64,000 bases of DNA from Gemmatimonadaceae bacterium (GCA_026706075.1 JAPOZM010000001.1:16230-80229); one strand, 5' to 3'. Numbered from the stretch's first letter, positions 48,583-57,310 are shown. Notes: generated by a model from the sequence alone, not told the origin. A program made the numbers and translations.

Positions 48583-48883
48583 GGTGGAACCCTTCTTCAC
48601 ACCCGCCTCGGAGGAGCATGTGGCCCGCGAGAAGGGCAGGGCCCGGGACCTCCGCAGAAGCCAGTGGTGGAAACGCCGGCTGGGCCGCGGAAGGTGCCAC
48701 TACTGCGGCCGGTCGACGCCGCCGCGGGAGCTCACCATGGACCACGTGGTGCCCATCGTGCGCGGCGGCGCCAGCGAGAAGGGCAACGTCGTCCCCTGCT
48801 GCAAGGAGTGCAACAGCCGCAAGAGGGACCTGCTGCCTCTCGAATGGGAGGAGTATCTCCAGCGGCTGGAAGGACGGGACTAG
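48563..48883 (+). CDS. HNH endonuclease domain protein
   Basis: ORF 48563..48883; an in-frame GTG at 48584 would avoid the overlap. CHYCGR...MDHVVPIVRGG...NVVPCCKECNSRK is a CxxC...H...N...CxxC HNH motif. Confidence 0.7.
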   Translation: MSTFCGRVEPFFTPASEEHVAREKGRARDLRRSQWWKRRLGRGRCHYCGRSTPPRELTMDHVVPIVRGGASEKGNVVPCCKECNSRKRDLLPLEWEEYLQRLEGRD

Positions 48884-48907
48884 CCGGAGGTCCGCTCCCT
48901 CCGGTAC

Positions 48908-49849
48908 TCAGTGGTAGTGGAGGATGGGGCGGATGGCGGCTTCCACCTCGGCGGCCACCTCCGGCGGCACCCGCGGGTTGAAGGGGCCCCCCTCGCCGCC
49001 CTCGATGTCTTCGAAGCCGCCCAGGTGCATCGCCTCGACGACGGCGGAGTAGTTGTAGCGGCGGTCGTCGCGGAAGCGGATCTCCTCCAGCGGCGCCAGC
49101 TCCTCCTCGACCATGCGGGCGCGCTCGTAGTCGCCGCGCCGCTGGGCGTTGTTGATCTCGTCCGAGGCCCTGGCGAAGACCACGTTGATTCCCGAGGTGT
49201 GGCCCCGGGCTCCCTCCTGAGCCGGTCCCGTGCTGCGGTCGCCGATCCCCCAGATGACGATGCCGGCGCCGTCCCGGACGCCTTCTACCATTGGTCTCAC
49301 GTCGCCGGGGCGGGTACCGATCTTGACCCCGAGGAAGTGGGCCGAGTCATTCACCAGGCGCAGGGCCGTGGGCGCCTGGTTGGACTGGCGCAGGTAGTAG
49401 AGGAAGCGGGCCCCGTGCTCGCCTCCGAGCCGCTCGGCGAGGGCCATGTAGCCGTGGTAGATGCCCTCCGGATCGGCCACGCCGGTCAGCGGCATGATCA
49501 GGTAGGCGTCGGGCGGGTTCGCGAGCCGGCACTGGGCGGCGATGAGCCGCTCGGCGTCGGCCTGCGGGTTGGGCGCCACCCCGGAGATGAAGATCCCCCT
49601 GCCCGCTACCCGGGCTGCCGTGAACTCCATCAGGTTCAACTGCTCGTCCGTGTCGATGTGGTGGACGAGGCTGGTGCCGGCGATGGAGACCACGCGGGCG
49701 CGATCCCCCTCCAGCAACTTGGTGCCGAGTAGGTACTCGATGTTCCTCCCGTGGGCCTCGTAGTCGATCCGCCCGCCCCTGAAGGGGACGATGGGGATGG
49801 AGATGACGGTGTCGAGGGCGTCGATCAGATCTTCGGTGCTCAGGGGCAT
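48908..49849 (-). CDS. dihydrodipicolinate synthase/N-acetylneuraminate lyase (DapA) family protein, divergent
   Basis: ORF 48908..49849, ATG start. IPIVPFRGGRIDYEAHGRNIEYLL...FISGV...GVKIGT follows the DHDPS-fold layout, but the GxxGE motif is degenerate (AGTSLV). It is the last gene of the BMC operon strand run. Confidence 0.55.
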   Translation of the reverse strand: MPLSTEDLIDALDTVISIPIVPFRGGRIDYEAHGRNIEYLLGTKLLEGDRARVVSIAGTSLVHHIDTDEQLNLMEFTAARVAGRGIFISGVAPNPQADAERLIAAQCRLANPPDAYLIMPLTGVADPEGIYHGYMALAERLGGEHGARFLYYLRQSNQAPTALRLVNDSAHFLGVKIGTRPGDVRPMVEGVRDGAGIVIWGIGDRSTGPAQEGARGHTSGINVVFARASDEINNAQRRGDYERARMVEEELAPLEEIRFRDDRRYNYSAVVEAMHLGGFEDIEGGEGGPFNPRVPPEVAAEVEAAIRPILHYH

Positions 49850-49928
49850 GCAGGGCTCCGGTCATTGGGTGAGTGGGTGGCGTGCCGCGGCAGGCGCGGT
49901 AGAGAGTACGGAGGCTCGTCGATGGCCG

Positions 49929-51029
49929 TCAACGATCCACCCGGAAGGGGGACATCTCCCGGCCCGGGTCGCCCCTGGTGATCCACCGGGCGAGGACCCG
50001 CCCCGTGAGAGGCCCCATGAGGATGCCGTTTCTGTAGTGGCCGGTGGCCGCCCAGAGGTTGTCCGCACCAGGCACGGGGCCGATGAGAGGGCGACCCTGG
50101 GGGGGCTTGGGGCGCAGGCCGGCGCGCTGTTCGCGCAGGACCGGGGGTCGGGCGAGAACCCGCCCGCACAGGGCCGACAGCTCCTGATGCGCCGCCGGTG
50201 TGGTGCGGGCGTCGAACCCGGTCTCCTCGACGGTGCCGCCGACGAGCAGGCCTCCCGGGGCCGGCAGCACGTTTCCCCCGGAGCAGCGGAGCACGTGGCG
50301 TACGGGACCGCCGGCGAAGAGACAGCTCTGACCTCGTACCGGCCGCACCCGCAGCCGCCCCGCCGCCGGGCCGTCGAAGTCCGCGGACCAGGATCCGGCG
50401 GCGATCACCGCGGCATCGAAGGTGGCTCGCCTGGAACCGCCGCCCTCGTGCAGGTCGCACTCCACCCCGCCGGGCGCCGGGCGCAGGCCGCCGACGGCGA
50501 CGCCGAAGCGGAACCGGGCGCCCCTGCCCTCGGCGGCGCGCTGCAGGACCGATGCCAGAGTCGGCGGGTCGACCCGCTGATCGCCGGGGTAGAAGGCGGC
50601 CCCCGCCGCCGACTCCGACAGGGCGGGTTCGGCCTCCCGCAGCCGGCCCTCTTCGAGCCACTCCCCCCGGACGCCGCGGGACAGGTTCTCCTCCAGGCGT
50701 GAGCGCAGCGCCTCGGCCTCCCCCTCATCGAGAGCCAGATCCAGTCCCCCCAGGGGCCGCCAACCCGCATCCAGGCCGGTCTCCTCGCGCAGCTGCCCGC
50801 TCAGCCTCTCATGCAGGGAATGGGCGTCGCGATAGAAGGAGGAGAACGGGTCCTGCCCCCCGGTGGGCCGGGTCAGGACCCCGAGGGAGGCCCGCGTCGT
50901 GACCGAGGGGGACGAGTCCCGGTCGGCGACGACCACGGAGACCCCCGAGCGGGCGAGATAGTATGCGGCCGAGCGTCCGACGATGCCGGCGCCGGCCACC
51001 AGGACCCGGGCGCGGTTCCCGGCGCTCAC
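49929..51029 (-). CDS. FAD-dependent oxidoreductase (DAO / glycine oxidase ThiO-like)
   Basis: ORF 49929..51029 (GTG start). RVLVAGAGIVGRSAAYYLARSGVSVVVADRD dinucleotide fold and C-terminal ...ATGHYRNGILMGPLTG... Confidence 0.8.
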   Translation of the reverse strand: MSAGNRARVLVAGAGIVGRSAAYYLARSGVSVVVADRDSSPSVTTRASLGVLTRPTGGQDPFSSFYRDAHSLHERLSGQLREETGLDAGWRPLGGLDLALDEGEAEALRSRLEENLSRGVRGEWLEEGRLREAEPALSESAAGAAFYPGDQRVDPPTLASVLQRAAEGRGARFRFGVAVGGLRPAPGGVECDLHEGGGSRRATFDAAVIAAGSWSADFDGPAAGRLRVRPVRGQSCLFAGGPVRHVLRCSGGNVLPAPGGLLVGGTVEETGFDARTTPAAHQELSALCGRVLARPPVLREQRAGLRPKPPQGRPLIGPVPGADNLWAATGHYRNGILMGPLTGRVLARWITRGDPGREMSPFRVDR

Positions 51030-51047
51030 GACGCCCGCCGGACCGCC

Positions 51048-52253
51048 TCAGCCTCCGGCCGCGGGCCTGCGAGCGGCCACGATGGGCGGCAGATGGGTCA
51101 CCGGACAGCCCCGGGCTCCACGCACGGAATAGCCCATGTCGCCGAGGACGCAGCCGATCTCCGACTCGAGGCGAAGCAGGTAGTCGCGCTCCTCGGCGCT
51201 CAGCACGGTCCGCGGCGGACCGGCGTCGAAACCGCGCACGGCGACCCCGGTCCTGAATCCCTCGGGGAAGTTGACCCCCTGCAGCATGAGGTTGATCAGA
51301 GGCAGGAGGCGGTACTGAAGCTCCCTGGCCCGCTCCAGGTCTCCGGCGACGGCGCGGTCGTAGAGCTCGACGATGACCTCGGGGACGATGCCGGAGGTGG
51401 CGGTGGTGCCGCCGTTGGCGCCCATGACGATCGACGGGAGCAGGATCTCCTCACAGCCGTTGAGCACGACGTAGTCGGGCCGCTGCGGGCGCAGGCGGTG
51501 CATGGTGTTGAGGATGCGCGGCAGGTCGCGGCTGGAGTCCTTGGTGCCGAAGATGCGCTCGAAGGCGAGGAGCCGCTCCATCGTGTCGAGGGGCAGCTCC
51601 TGGGTGAACTGGGGGATGTTGTAGAGCAGGATGTCGAGGGGCGAGTGGCGGGCGATCTCGGCGAAGTACTCGTAGAGGCTGGTGTCGGAGATCCTGTAAT
51701 AGTAGGGCGGCACGAGGGAGATGGCGTCGGCGCCGAGGTCGGCGTAGTACCCGGCCATCTGCAGCACGTCGCGGATGTTGGCCTCGCTGGCGCCCGCGAG
51801 GATCGGCACCCGCCCCTGGTTGACCTCGGCAATGAGCCGCACCACGTCGCGCCGCTCCTCGCTGGAGAGGCGCACGAACTCGCCCGTGCTGCCGTTCGGG
51901 TAGAGACCGTGGATGCCGGCCTCGATCAACCACGCGATGTAGCGCTCCATCTTGCCGTAGGAGATGCCCCCCTGGTCGTCGTAGATGACGATGTTGGCGG
52001 TGAAGATGCCGCTGAAGCGGCGGCTGCGCTCGGTCCCGCCGGGAGACGCGGCCACGCTGGAGGGAGGGTCTTCCGGCCGGGGGTCCGGCCCGGCCACCGG
52101 GCGCAGCACGACCTCGATCCCCCGGGCCCGCAGCAGGTCCCTGGCGGAGGGTGTGAGCTTCGAGCCCGGCGAGATCTCCACCTGTCCGTCGTCCTCCCCG
52201 AGGCGGGTCTCGAGCAGTTGGGCGGTGACTACGGGATCATCGATGCGGACCAT
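51048..52253 (-). CDS. DapA/NAL-family class I (Schiff-base) lyase with a roughly 95-aa N-terminal extension
   Basis: ORF 51048..52253, ATG start. The core carries PNGSTGEF (GxxGE), LLYNIPQFT and FGTKDSS (Lys context). It is preceded by MVRIDDPVVTAQLLETRLGEDDGQVEISPGSKLTPSARDLLRARGIEVVL plus a Pro-rich linker. Confidence 0.8.
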   Translation of the reverse strand: MVRIDDPVVTAQLLETRLGEDDGQVEISPGSKLTPSARDLLRARGIEVVLRPVAGPDPRPEDPPSSVAASPGGTERSRRFSGIFTANIVIYDDQGGISYGKMERYIAWLIEAGIHGLYPNGSTGEFVRLSSEERRDVVRLIAEVNQGRVPILAGASEANIRDVLQMAGYYADLGADAISLVPPYYYRISDTSLYEYFAEIARHSPLDILLYNIPQFTQELPLDTMERLLAFERIFGTKDSSRDLPRILNTMHRLRPQRPDYVVLNGCEEILLPSIVMGANGGTTATSGIVPEVIVELYDRAVAGDLERARELQYRLLPLINLMLQGVNFPEGFRTGVAVRGFDAGPPRTVLSAEERDYLLRLESEIGCVLGDMGYSVRGARGCPVTHLPPIVAARRPAAGG

Positions 52254-52264
52254 GCCTGTGTCGC

Positions 52265-53416
52265 CTAACCGTGGGGCAGGCGCATCTCCATCTCTTGATA
52301 GGGCAGGTGGATGGCGTGAGCGGCGACCAGCTCCCCGTAGGGGCCGGCCGTGTGCCTCGCGACCTCGAGAGCTGTGTCGACAGCCCCCGTCTCTCCGCGG
52401 ACTACGCAGGCGGTCAGGAAGTAGCCAACCTTGTAGCGGCCCTCGTAGGTCACGTCGGCGTGCTTGAGCATCTCGTCGAGGGCCTTGACGAGACCGGCGG
52501 TGGTGCGCGTCTCCACCAGACCCAGGGCGCGGCCTGCGAGGGTGCGCGCACCGGGAGACTCGCCGGCCCGGGCGAAGCAGGCCACCACTTGCGGATCCGG
52601 ACCGCTGATCACCACCTGCCCCTCCAGCTCTGCGGTCTCACCGGCCCTTCGGGCGCCCTCGGCGACGGCGGCGCCGACCTCGTCCAGGGATCCGGAGGCG
52701 ATGGCCGCCACGCGGCCCCCGCTGCCGATCGTCAGCCGCGCCAGGTCGACGCGCCCTCCCTTCACCATGCCGTCGACGGCGGCCACCGAGCCCGCGTACC
52801 CCGTGGCCTCGACGATCCCGAGAGCGGCCGCGGTGCGTGGGTCGCCCGGGGGAATGGAGGGCAGCAGGACGCCCACTTCGGCCTCCGGTTGGGGCAGCAC
52901 GAGGGCGCCGTGGAACTCCCCCGCCCGCCGGGCCGCCCCTTCCCCGGCCCGCACGGCCGCCTCCACCGCCCCCACCGAGCCGCTGACGGTGGCATGCACC
53001 AGGGCGCCGCCGATGAAGGCCCAGCCGTGGAGCTCGACGGCGCCGGCCTTGACCATGGCGTCGGCGGCGGCGGCCAGGGGGACCAGGCCCCGCGTCTCCA
53101 GGAGGCCGATGGCCTGGAGGCCGGGCCTGGGCTCGAGAGGGGCGCCGAGGTGCGGCATCGGCTCGAGGGCGCCGGAGTCGGCCCCCGGTACGAGGGCCGC
53201 CGTGATCACCTCTCCGTGGGCGGCGGCCGCCTCCCGCCCCGCGTCGAGGGCGGTGCGCGCGTCGGCCGTGGAGCCTTCGACGATCACGGTCAACCAGCCG
53301 GAGCCGATACCGTGGCGTCCCCCCAGGCGCACCGAGGCCGCCTTGTGCATCGAGTCGAGGGCCGCCGCCAGAGCCGTCATGCCCCTGACCTCCAGGATGC
53401 CGAGGGCACGTTCCAT
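52265..53416 (-). CDS. BMC shell protein with four tandem BMC (PF00936-like) domains
   Basis: In ORF 52265..53506; ATG 53416 (ATGA overlap). Four domain openings sit in one frame with no stops: ALGILEVRGMTALAAALDSMHKAASV, AIGLLETRGLVPLAAAADAMVKAGAV, ALGIVEATGYAGSVAAVDGMVKGGRV and ALGLVETRTTAGLVKALDEMLKHADV. Each is followed by about 60 aa of the fold. Confidence 0.85.
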   Translation of the reverse strand: MERALGILEVRGMTALAAALDSMHKAASVRLGGRHGIGSGWLTVIVEGSTADARTALDAGREAAAAHGEVITAALVPGADSGALEPMPHLGAPLEPRPGLQAIGLLETRGLVPLAAAADAMVKAGAVELHGWAFIGGALVHATVSGSVGAVEAAVRAGEGAARRAGEFHGALVLPQPEAEVGVLLPSIPPGDPRTAAALGIVEATGYAGSVAAVDGMVKGGRVDLARLTIGSGGRVAAIASGSLDEVGAAVAEGARRAGETAELEGQVVISGPDPQVVACFARAGESPGARTLAGRALGLVETRTTAGLVKALDEMLKHADVTYEGRYKVGYFLTACVVRGETGAVDTALEVARHTAGPYGELVAAHAIHLPYQEMEMRLPHG

Positions 53417-53994
53417 CAGCCTGCCCCGGCGGCCGGACGGAAGAGGAGGAAGGCCCGCAGCACCGCCGGCAGGGGGCGCGGGATCACCGCCGCTGCCATG
53501 AACCACTCGCTGCCGCCCAGTCTCTCCCGGCCGCGGCCGATGGCCTGTTCGACGGCGTCCACGGTGCCGGTGATCAGGCTGCAGACGACGCGGTTGTGCA
53601 CCGTGAGGACGTTGGCCACGGCCACATCGGCGGCCTTCGCCATGGCGTCGTTCACCTCCACGTGGACGCCGTACCCCCGCGTCTCGATCAGGCCAAGGGC
53701 GCCGGCCTCGATCTCACCCGCGGGAAGGGGGCAGCCGACGAAACCGGCGCACTCGGGCTGAGGCTGATCGAGGCAGGCTCCGACCACGTGGCCGGTGACG
53801 GCGCCGGCCGCCGCCTCGCCTGCGCGCAGGGCGGTGCTGACGTCTCCGAGGGGCCCGCGCAGGAAGAGGGTGGTGAACCCGCCGATCGACTCCCATCCCA
53901 TCAGCTCGACCCGCGCCGCCTTGCAGGCGGCGTCAGCGCCGACGACGATACCCGCGACTCCTTCGACCTCGATCATCCCCATGGCGTCGGACAC
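53416..53994 (-). CDS. BMC shell protein, tandem-domain (BMC-T-like)
   Basis: C-terminal part of ORF 53416..54600; GTG 53994 chosen (an ATG at 53982 is also possible), with GAGGA upstream. AMGMIEVEGVAGIVVGADAACKAARV... and ALGLIETRGYGVHVEVNDAMAKAADV... Confidence 0.85.
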   Translation of the reverse strand: MSDAMGMIEVEGVAGIVVGADAACKAARVELMGWESIGGFTTLFLRGPLGDVSTALRAGEAAAGAVTGHVVGACLDQPQPECAGFVGCPLPAGEIEAGALGLIETRGYGVHVEVNDAMAKAADVAVANVLTVHNRVVCSLITGTVDAVEQAIGRGRERLGGSEWFMAAAVIPRPLPAVLRAFLLFRPAAGAG

Positions 53995-53999
53995 GGCTT

Positions 54000-54482
54000 T
54001 CAATCCTCGTTCAGCCGGCGAATGATCTCGTCGGTCAGACGCTGCACGAGCGCCTCTTCCTCGCGGTCGGCGGCGGCGCGGCGATTGCAGCCGCCGCAGC
54101 CGCCGTTGGGCCGTCCCGCCGCCTCGGCCCGGTACACGGCGCACTCGGAGCAGGAGGAGGGCTCCACGAACCCGGAGCCGAACTCCTCGGTCTTGCAGCC
54201 GTAGGGGCGGTCGGGGTGATCGCAGCGTCCACGGGCCAGGACCCCGCCCTCGGCGCCGGGAGGCAGCACCTCGGGGACCGCCTCCGCCGGCGCCGGTCCG
54301 AATCCGCCCCGTCCGGTGGACTCTCCCCGGGTCAGCCGCACCCCGTGGCCGCGCAGGTAGTCCCACCCGGTGGGCGTCACCACCGCCTCGGTAGCCACCG
54401 ACACCTCCTTTTGGCCCGCGTGGCGGGCGCGCAGGATCTCCCCGGTGACGACCGTTTCGGAGATGTGCAGCCGACCAGCCAC
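54000..54482 (-). CDS. BMC-associated Cys-rich protein with C-terminal encapsulation-peptide-like helix
   Basis: ORF 54000..54482 (GTG start). N-terminal ISETVVTGEILRARHAGQKEVSVATEAVVTPTGWDYLRGHGVRL. Cys cluster RCDHPDRPYGCKTEEFGSGFVEPSSCSECAVYRAEAAGRPNGGCGGC. C-terminus EEALVQRLTDEIIRRLNED. Confidence 0.65.
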   Translation of the reverse strand: MAGRLHISETVVTGEILRARHAGQKEVSVATEAVVTPTGWDYLRGHGVRLTRGESTGRGGFGPAPAEAVPEVLPPGAEGGVLARGRCDHPDRPYGCKTEEFGSGFVEPSSCSECAVYRAEAAGRPNGGCGGCNRRAAADREEEALVQRLTDEIIRRLNED

Positions 54483-54577
54483 CGTTCAGATTCCCGGGGC
54501 GCCCTCGAGCCTGTCGACGGACCGCGGGATCCCCGCCGCAGCCGCCGGACCCAGCGTCTCCCCCATGACGAATGCCC

Positions 54578-55291
54578 TCAAGGCCGGCTTCCTCCGCCAT
54601 CCTGCTTCTCCAGCACCACCTTCCCGGCGTTCACGAGATCCACGGCGTTGCCTTCGTCGGTGTCGACGTGGACCTCCAGCTTCGAGGCGGCGTCGACGCG
54701 CACGATCACGTCCTCGAGGGCTCCCGGCTGACCGCTGTCGACGACCAGGCGCATGCGATCTCCCGGGGCGACGCCGTAGAACGACGCCTCCCCGGGGTTC
54801 ATGTGCACGTGGCGCGCCGCCCGGATCACCCCCTGGCGCATCTCCAGGCCGCCGGCGGGCCCCACGAGGTAGCACCCGGGCGAGCCGTCGATGTGGCCGC
54901 TGAGCCGCACCGGGGCATCGATCCCGAGAAAGCGCGCGTCGGAGAAAGCGAGCTCTACCTGGCACGCCTCGCGCAACGGCCCGAGGACCCGCAGGTTGGA
55001 GATCATCTGCTTGCGCGGCCCGAAGATGGCCACCGTCTCCTCGGCGGCGAAGGCGCCTTCCTGGTACAGGGGCTTCAGGACGGTCAGCTCGGCGCCGCGA
55101 CCGAAGAGAGTCCGCAGGGCGCCCTCGTCCAGATGACAGTGGCGGGCGGAGATGTTGGCGATCAGGCGAGGGGCCCCGCTCCCGGGACCGGCATCGACAA
55201 CGGGACGGCCCGGCCGGCTGCGAAGGAGGGACTGGCGAACCAGCGCTTCGACCCGGGACCTGTCGACGGCGGCGACCACCTCTCCCCTCAC
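54578..55291 (-). CDS. pduL: phosphate propanoyl/acyl-transferase PduL (PTAC)
   Basis: ORF 54578..55291 (GTG start, GTGA overlap). Both PduL repeats are present (ISARHCHL and RAARHVHM). N-terminal VDRSRVEALVRQSLLRS is an amphipathic helix. Confidence 0.85.
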   Translation of the reverse strand: MRGEVVAAVDRSRVEALVRQSLLRSRPGRPVVDAGPGSGAPRLIANISARHCHLDEGALRTLFGRGAELTVLKPLYQEGAFAAEETVAIFGPRKQMISNLRVLGPLREACQVELAFSDARFLGIDAPVRLSGHIDGSPGCYLVGPAGGLEMRQGVIRAARHVHMNPGEASFYGVAPGDRMRLVVDSGQPGALEDVIVRVDAASKLEVHVDTDEGNAVDLVNAGKVVLEKQDGGGSRP

Positions 55292-55605
55292 CCGGCCCCT
55301 TCTGCGACGCGTCCCAGATCGAGGCGCTCGCCGTCGGCGCTCAGTCCTTCGAGGATGGCGACGATGGCGGCGTCGGTGGGAACCGCACCCAGCTCGGGGG
55401 CGGTGCGCGCCGAGCTGCCCATGACGACGAGGACGATCTCCCCCGTGCCGGCGCTGACGGCGTCGACACAGACGAGCTTGCGGCCGGTCGAGTGGAGCCC
55501 GTCGGGGCGCACGGTGAGAACCTCGGCGAGGAGCAGCCGGCGGCCCGACAGGTTGTCGAGCTTGGCGCTGGCCACCACCGGACCCTTCACCTGGGCGAGG
55601 AGCAT
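55288..55605 (-). CDS. BMC pentamer vertex protein (EutN/CcmL family), copy 1
   Basis: ORF 55288..55605. MLLAQVKGPVVASAKLDNLSGRRLLLAEVL...VCVDAVSAGTGEIVLVVMGSSAR...PTDAAIVAILE. Confidence 0.85.
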   Translation of the reverse strand: MLLAQVKGPVVASAKLDNLSGRRLLLAEVLTVRPDGLHSTGRKLVCVDAVSAGTGEIVLVVMGSSARTAPELGAVPTDAAIVAILEGLSADGERLDLGRVAEGAG

Positions 55606-55608
55606 CGA

Positions 55609-57033
55609 TCAGGTGATGCGGAAGTAATCCACCAGGGCGCAGCGGCGCCGGCGGGTGAAGGTGCGGGCCGTGGTCAGGCCCTCGCCGGTGGGACCGGCGA
55701 TTGAGTAGGTGGAGAACCCTTCGCCGCCGACACCGAGACCGGCATAGGAAGGACCGTTCTTGACGAAGACGGTGGTGTCCACGGCGCGGGCCATGTTGTG
55801 CATGCTCTCCACGTTCCGGGAATGGATCATGGCGGTGTGCCGGTAGCCGTGCTCGGACTCCACGGCGGCGCGGATGCCCTCGTTCACGTCGCGCACGCGC
55901 ACGATGGGCAGAAACGTCATCATCTGCTCCACCGTGACGAAGGGATGGTCGGCGCCGGTCTCACCGATGAGCAACCGCACCCGGTCGTCGAGCTCGAGGC
56001 CGATGGCCCGGCTCAGGACGTTGGCATTGCGGCCGATGAACTCGCGCCCGGGGTGAGGCTGCCCGTCCCCCCCCCGGGGGAGGGCGGCCCTGGTCAGGGC
56101 GTCGACCTGACCCGTGTCGAGCTCGACGGCGCTGTAGGCGACCATCTCCGCCTTGAGGTCATCGGCCACGTCGTCGACGACGAAGCACTGCTTCTCGCCG
56201 ATGCAGAGGATGTTGTTGTCGAAGGCGGCGCCGTCGACGATGTCGCGCGCGGCCTTGCGGATGTCCGCGGTCTCGTCGACGACGACGGGGGGATTCCCGG
56301 GGCCGGCGACGATCGACTTCTTGGGGCTGGCGAGGGCGGCTCGGGCCACGGCAGCCCCGCCGGTGACGAGGATGACCCGGACCCCTCGATGGTTGAACAG
56401 CTCTCCGGCGCTATCGATCGTCGGCTCGGCGATGCAGGCGATCAGGTTCCCCGGTCCTCCGGCGGCGGCGATGGCGTCGTTCAGCAGTTGCACGGAGTGA
56501 GCCGACACCCCCTTGGCCCCGGGGTGCGGGTTGAAGACGACGGAGTTGCCCGCGGCGATGATGCCGATGGCGTTGTTCACCAAGGTCGGCACGGGATGGG
56601 TGGAAGGGGTGACGGCGCAGAAGACGCCGTACGGCGCCATCTCCTCAACCGTCAGGCCGTGGTCCCCCGTCCAGGAAACCGCCTCGAGATCCTCGACCCC
56701 GGGGGTGAGATCGGCCGCCAGATGGTGCTTCTGCACCTTGTCCTCGAAGCGGCCCATGCCGGTCTCTTCGAGGGCCATGCGCGAGAACGTCTCGGCGTGA
56801 TCGCGGGTCGTCTGCCGGATCGCCTCGACGATCTTGCGCCGCAGCTCCAGGCTCTCGTCGACAAGGGCCCTCTGCGCCCGGCCAGCGGCGGCCACCGCCT
56901 CGTCGGCGGAACGGAACAGCCCGGACCCGGATCCGCCCACGGACGAGGGGGCCTGGGCGGACTCGGACCCGACGACCTGCTGCACCACCTCCTCGACGAT
57001 GCGGCGGACCCGCTCTTCGCTCACCTTGGACAC
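55609..57033 (-). CDS. CoA-acylating aldehyde dehydrogenase (PduP/EutE type) with N-terminal encapsulation peptide
   Basis: ORF 55609..57033 (GTG start). SEERVRRIVEEVVQQVV followed by a Gly/Ser linker. NPHPGAK, GPGNPPVVVDETAD and FDNNILCIGEKQ (catalytic Cys context). Confidence 0.9.
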   Translation of the reverse strand: MSKVSEERVRRIVEEVVQQVVGSESAQAPSSVGGSGSGLFRSADEAVAAAGRAQRALVDESLELRRKIVEAIRQTTRDHAETFSRMALEETGMGRFEDKVQKHHLAADLTPGVEDLEAVSWTGDHGLTVEEMAPYGVFCAVTPSTHPVPTLVNNAIGIIAAGNSVVFNPHPGAKGVSAHSVQLLNDAIAAAGGPGNLIACIAEPTIDSAGELFNHRGVRVILVTGGAAVARAALASPKKSIVAGPGNPPVVVDETADIRKAARDIVDGAAFDNNILCIGEKQCFVVDDVADDLKAEMVAYSAVELDTGQVDALTRAALPRGGDGQPHPGREFIGRNANVLSRAIGLELDDRVRLLIGETGADHPFVTVEQMMTFLPIVRVRDVNEGIRAAVESEHGYRHTAMIHSRNVESMHNMARAVDTTVFVKNGPSYAGLGVGGEGFSTYSIAGPTGEGLTTARTFTRRRRCALVDYFRIT

Positions 57034-57043
57034 GTCGGTCCCG

Positions 57044-57310
57044 TCAGATGCCGGCGGCGCTCTTGAGCTTGTCGATGGGACGCGGGATCACATGCACGCT
57101 GCGCAGCTCCCCCACGCCCTGGGCAGCCTGGGCACCGGCGTCGACTGCTGACTTCACCGAGGCCACGTCCCCCTCCACCACAACCGACACCAGGCCTCCG
57201 CCCACACGCTTCTGGCCCGCGTAGCGGACGTCCGCCGTCTTCAGCATCGCGTCCAGCGCCTCCACCGCCGCCGCCAGACCCCGCGTCTCCACCATGCCGA
57301 GAGCACTCAT
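57044..57310 (-). CDS. BMC-H hexamer shell protein
   Basis: ORF 57044..57310. [59 protein letters not shown]...VHVIPRP. Confidence 0.9.
   Translation of the reverse strand: MSALGMVETRGLAAAVEALDAMLKTADVRYAGQKRVGGGLVSVVVEGDVASVKSAVDAGAQAAQGVGELRSVHVIPRPIDKLKSAAGI

Noticed and set aside
48563-48883. HNH endonuclease as part of a restriction-modification or other defence system, or a homing element
   Set aside because: It is a stand-alone 106-aa HNH. No methylase, helicase, Cas-like or intron/intein context is present. It overlaps the dtxR 3' end and faces the end of the BMC operon.
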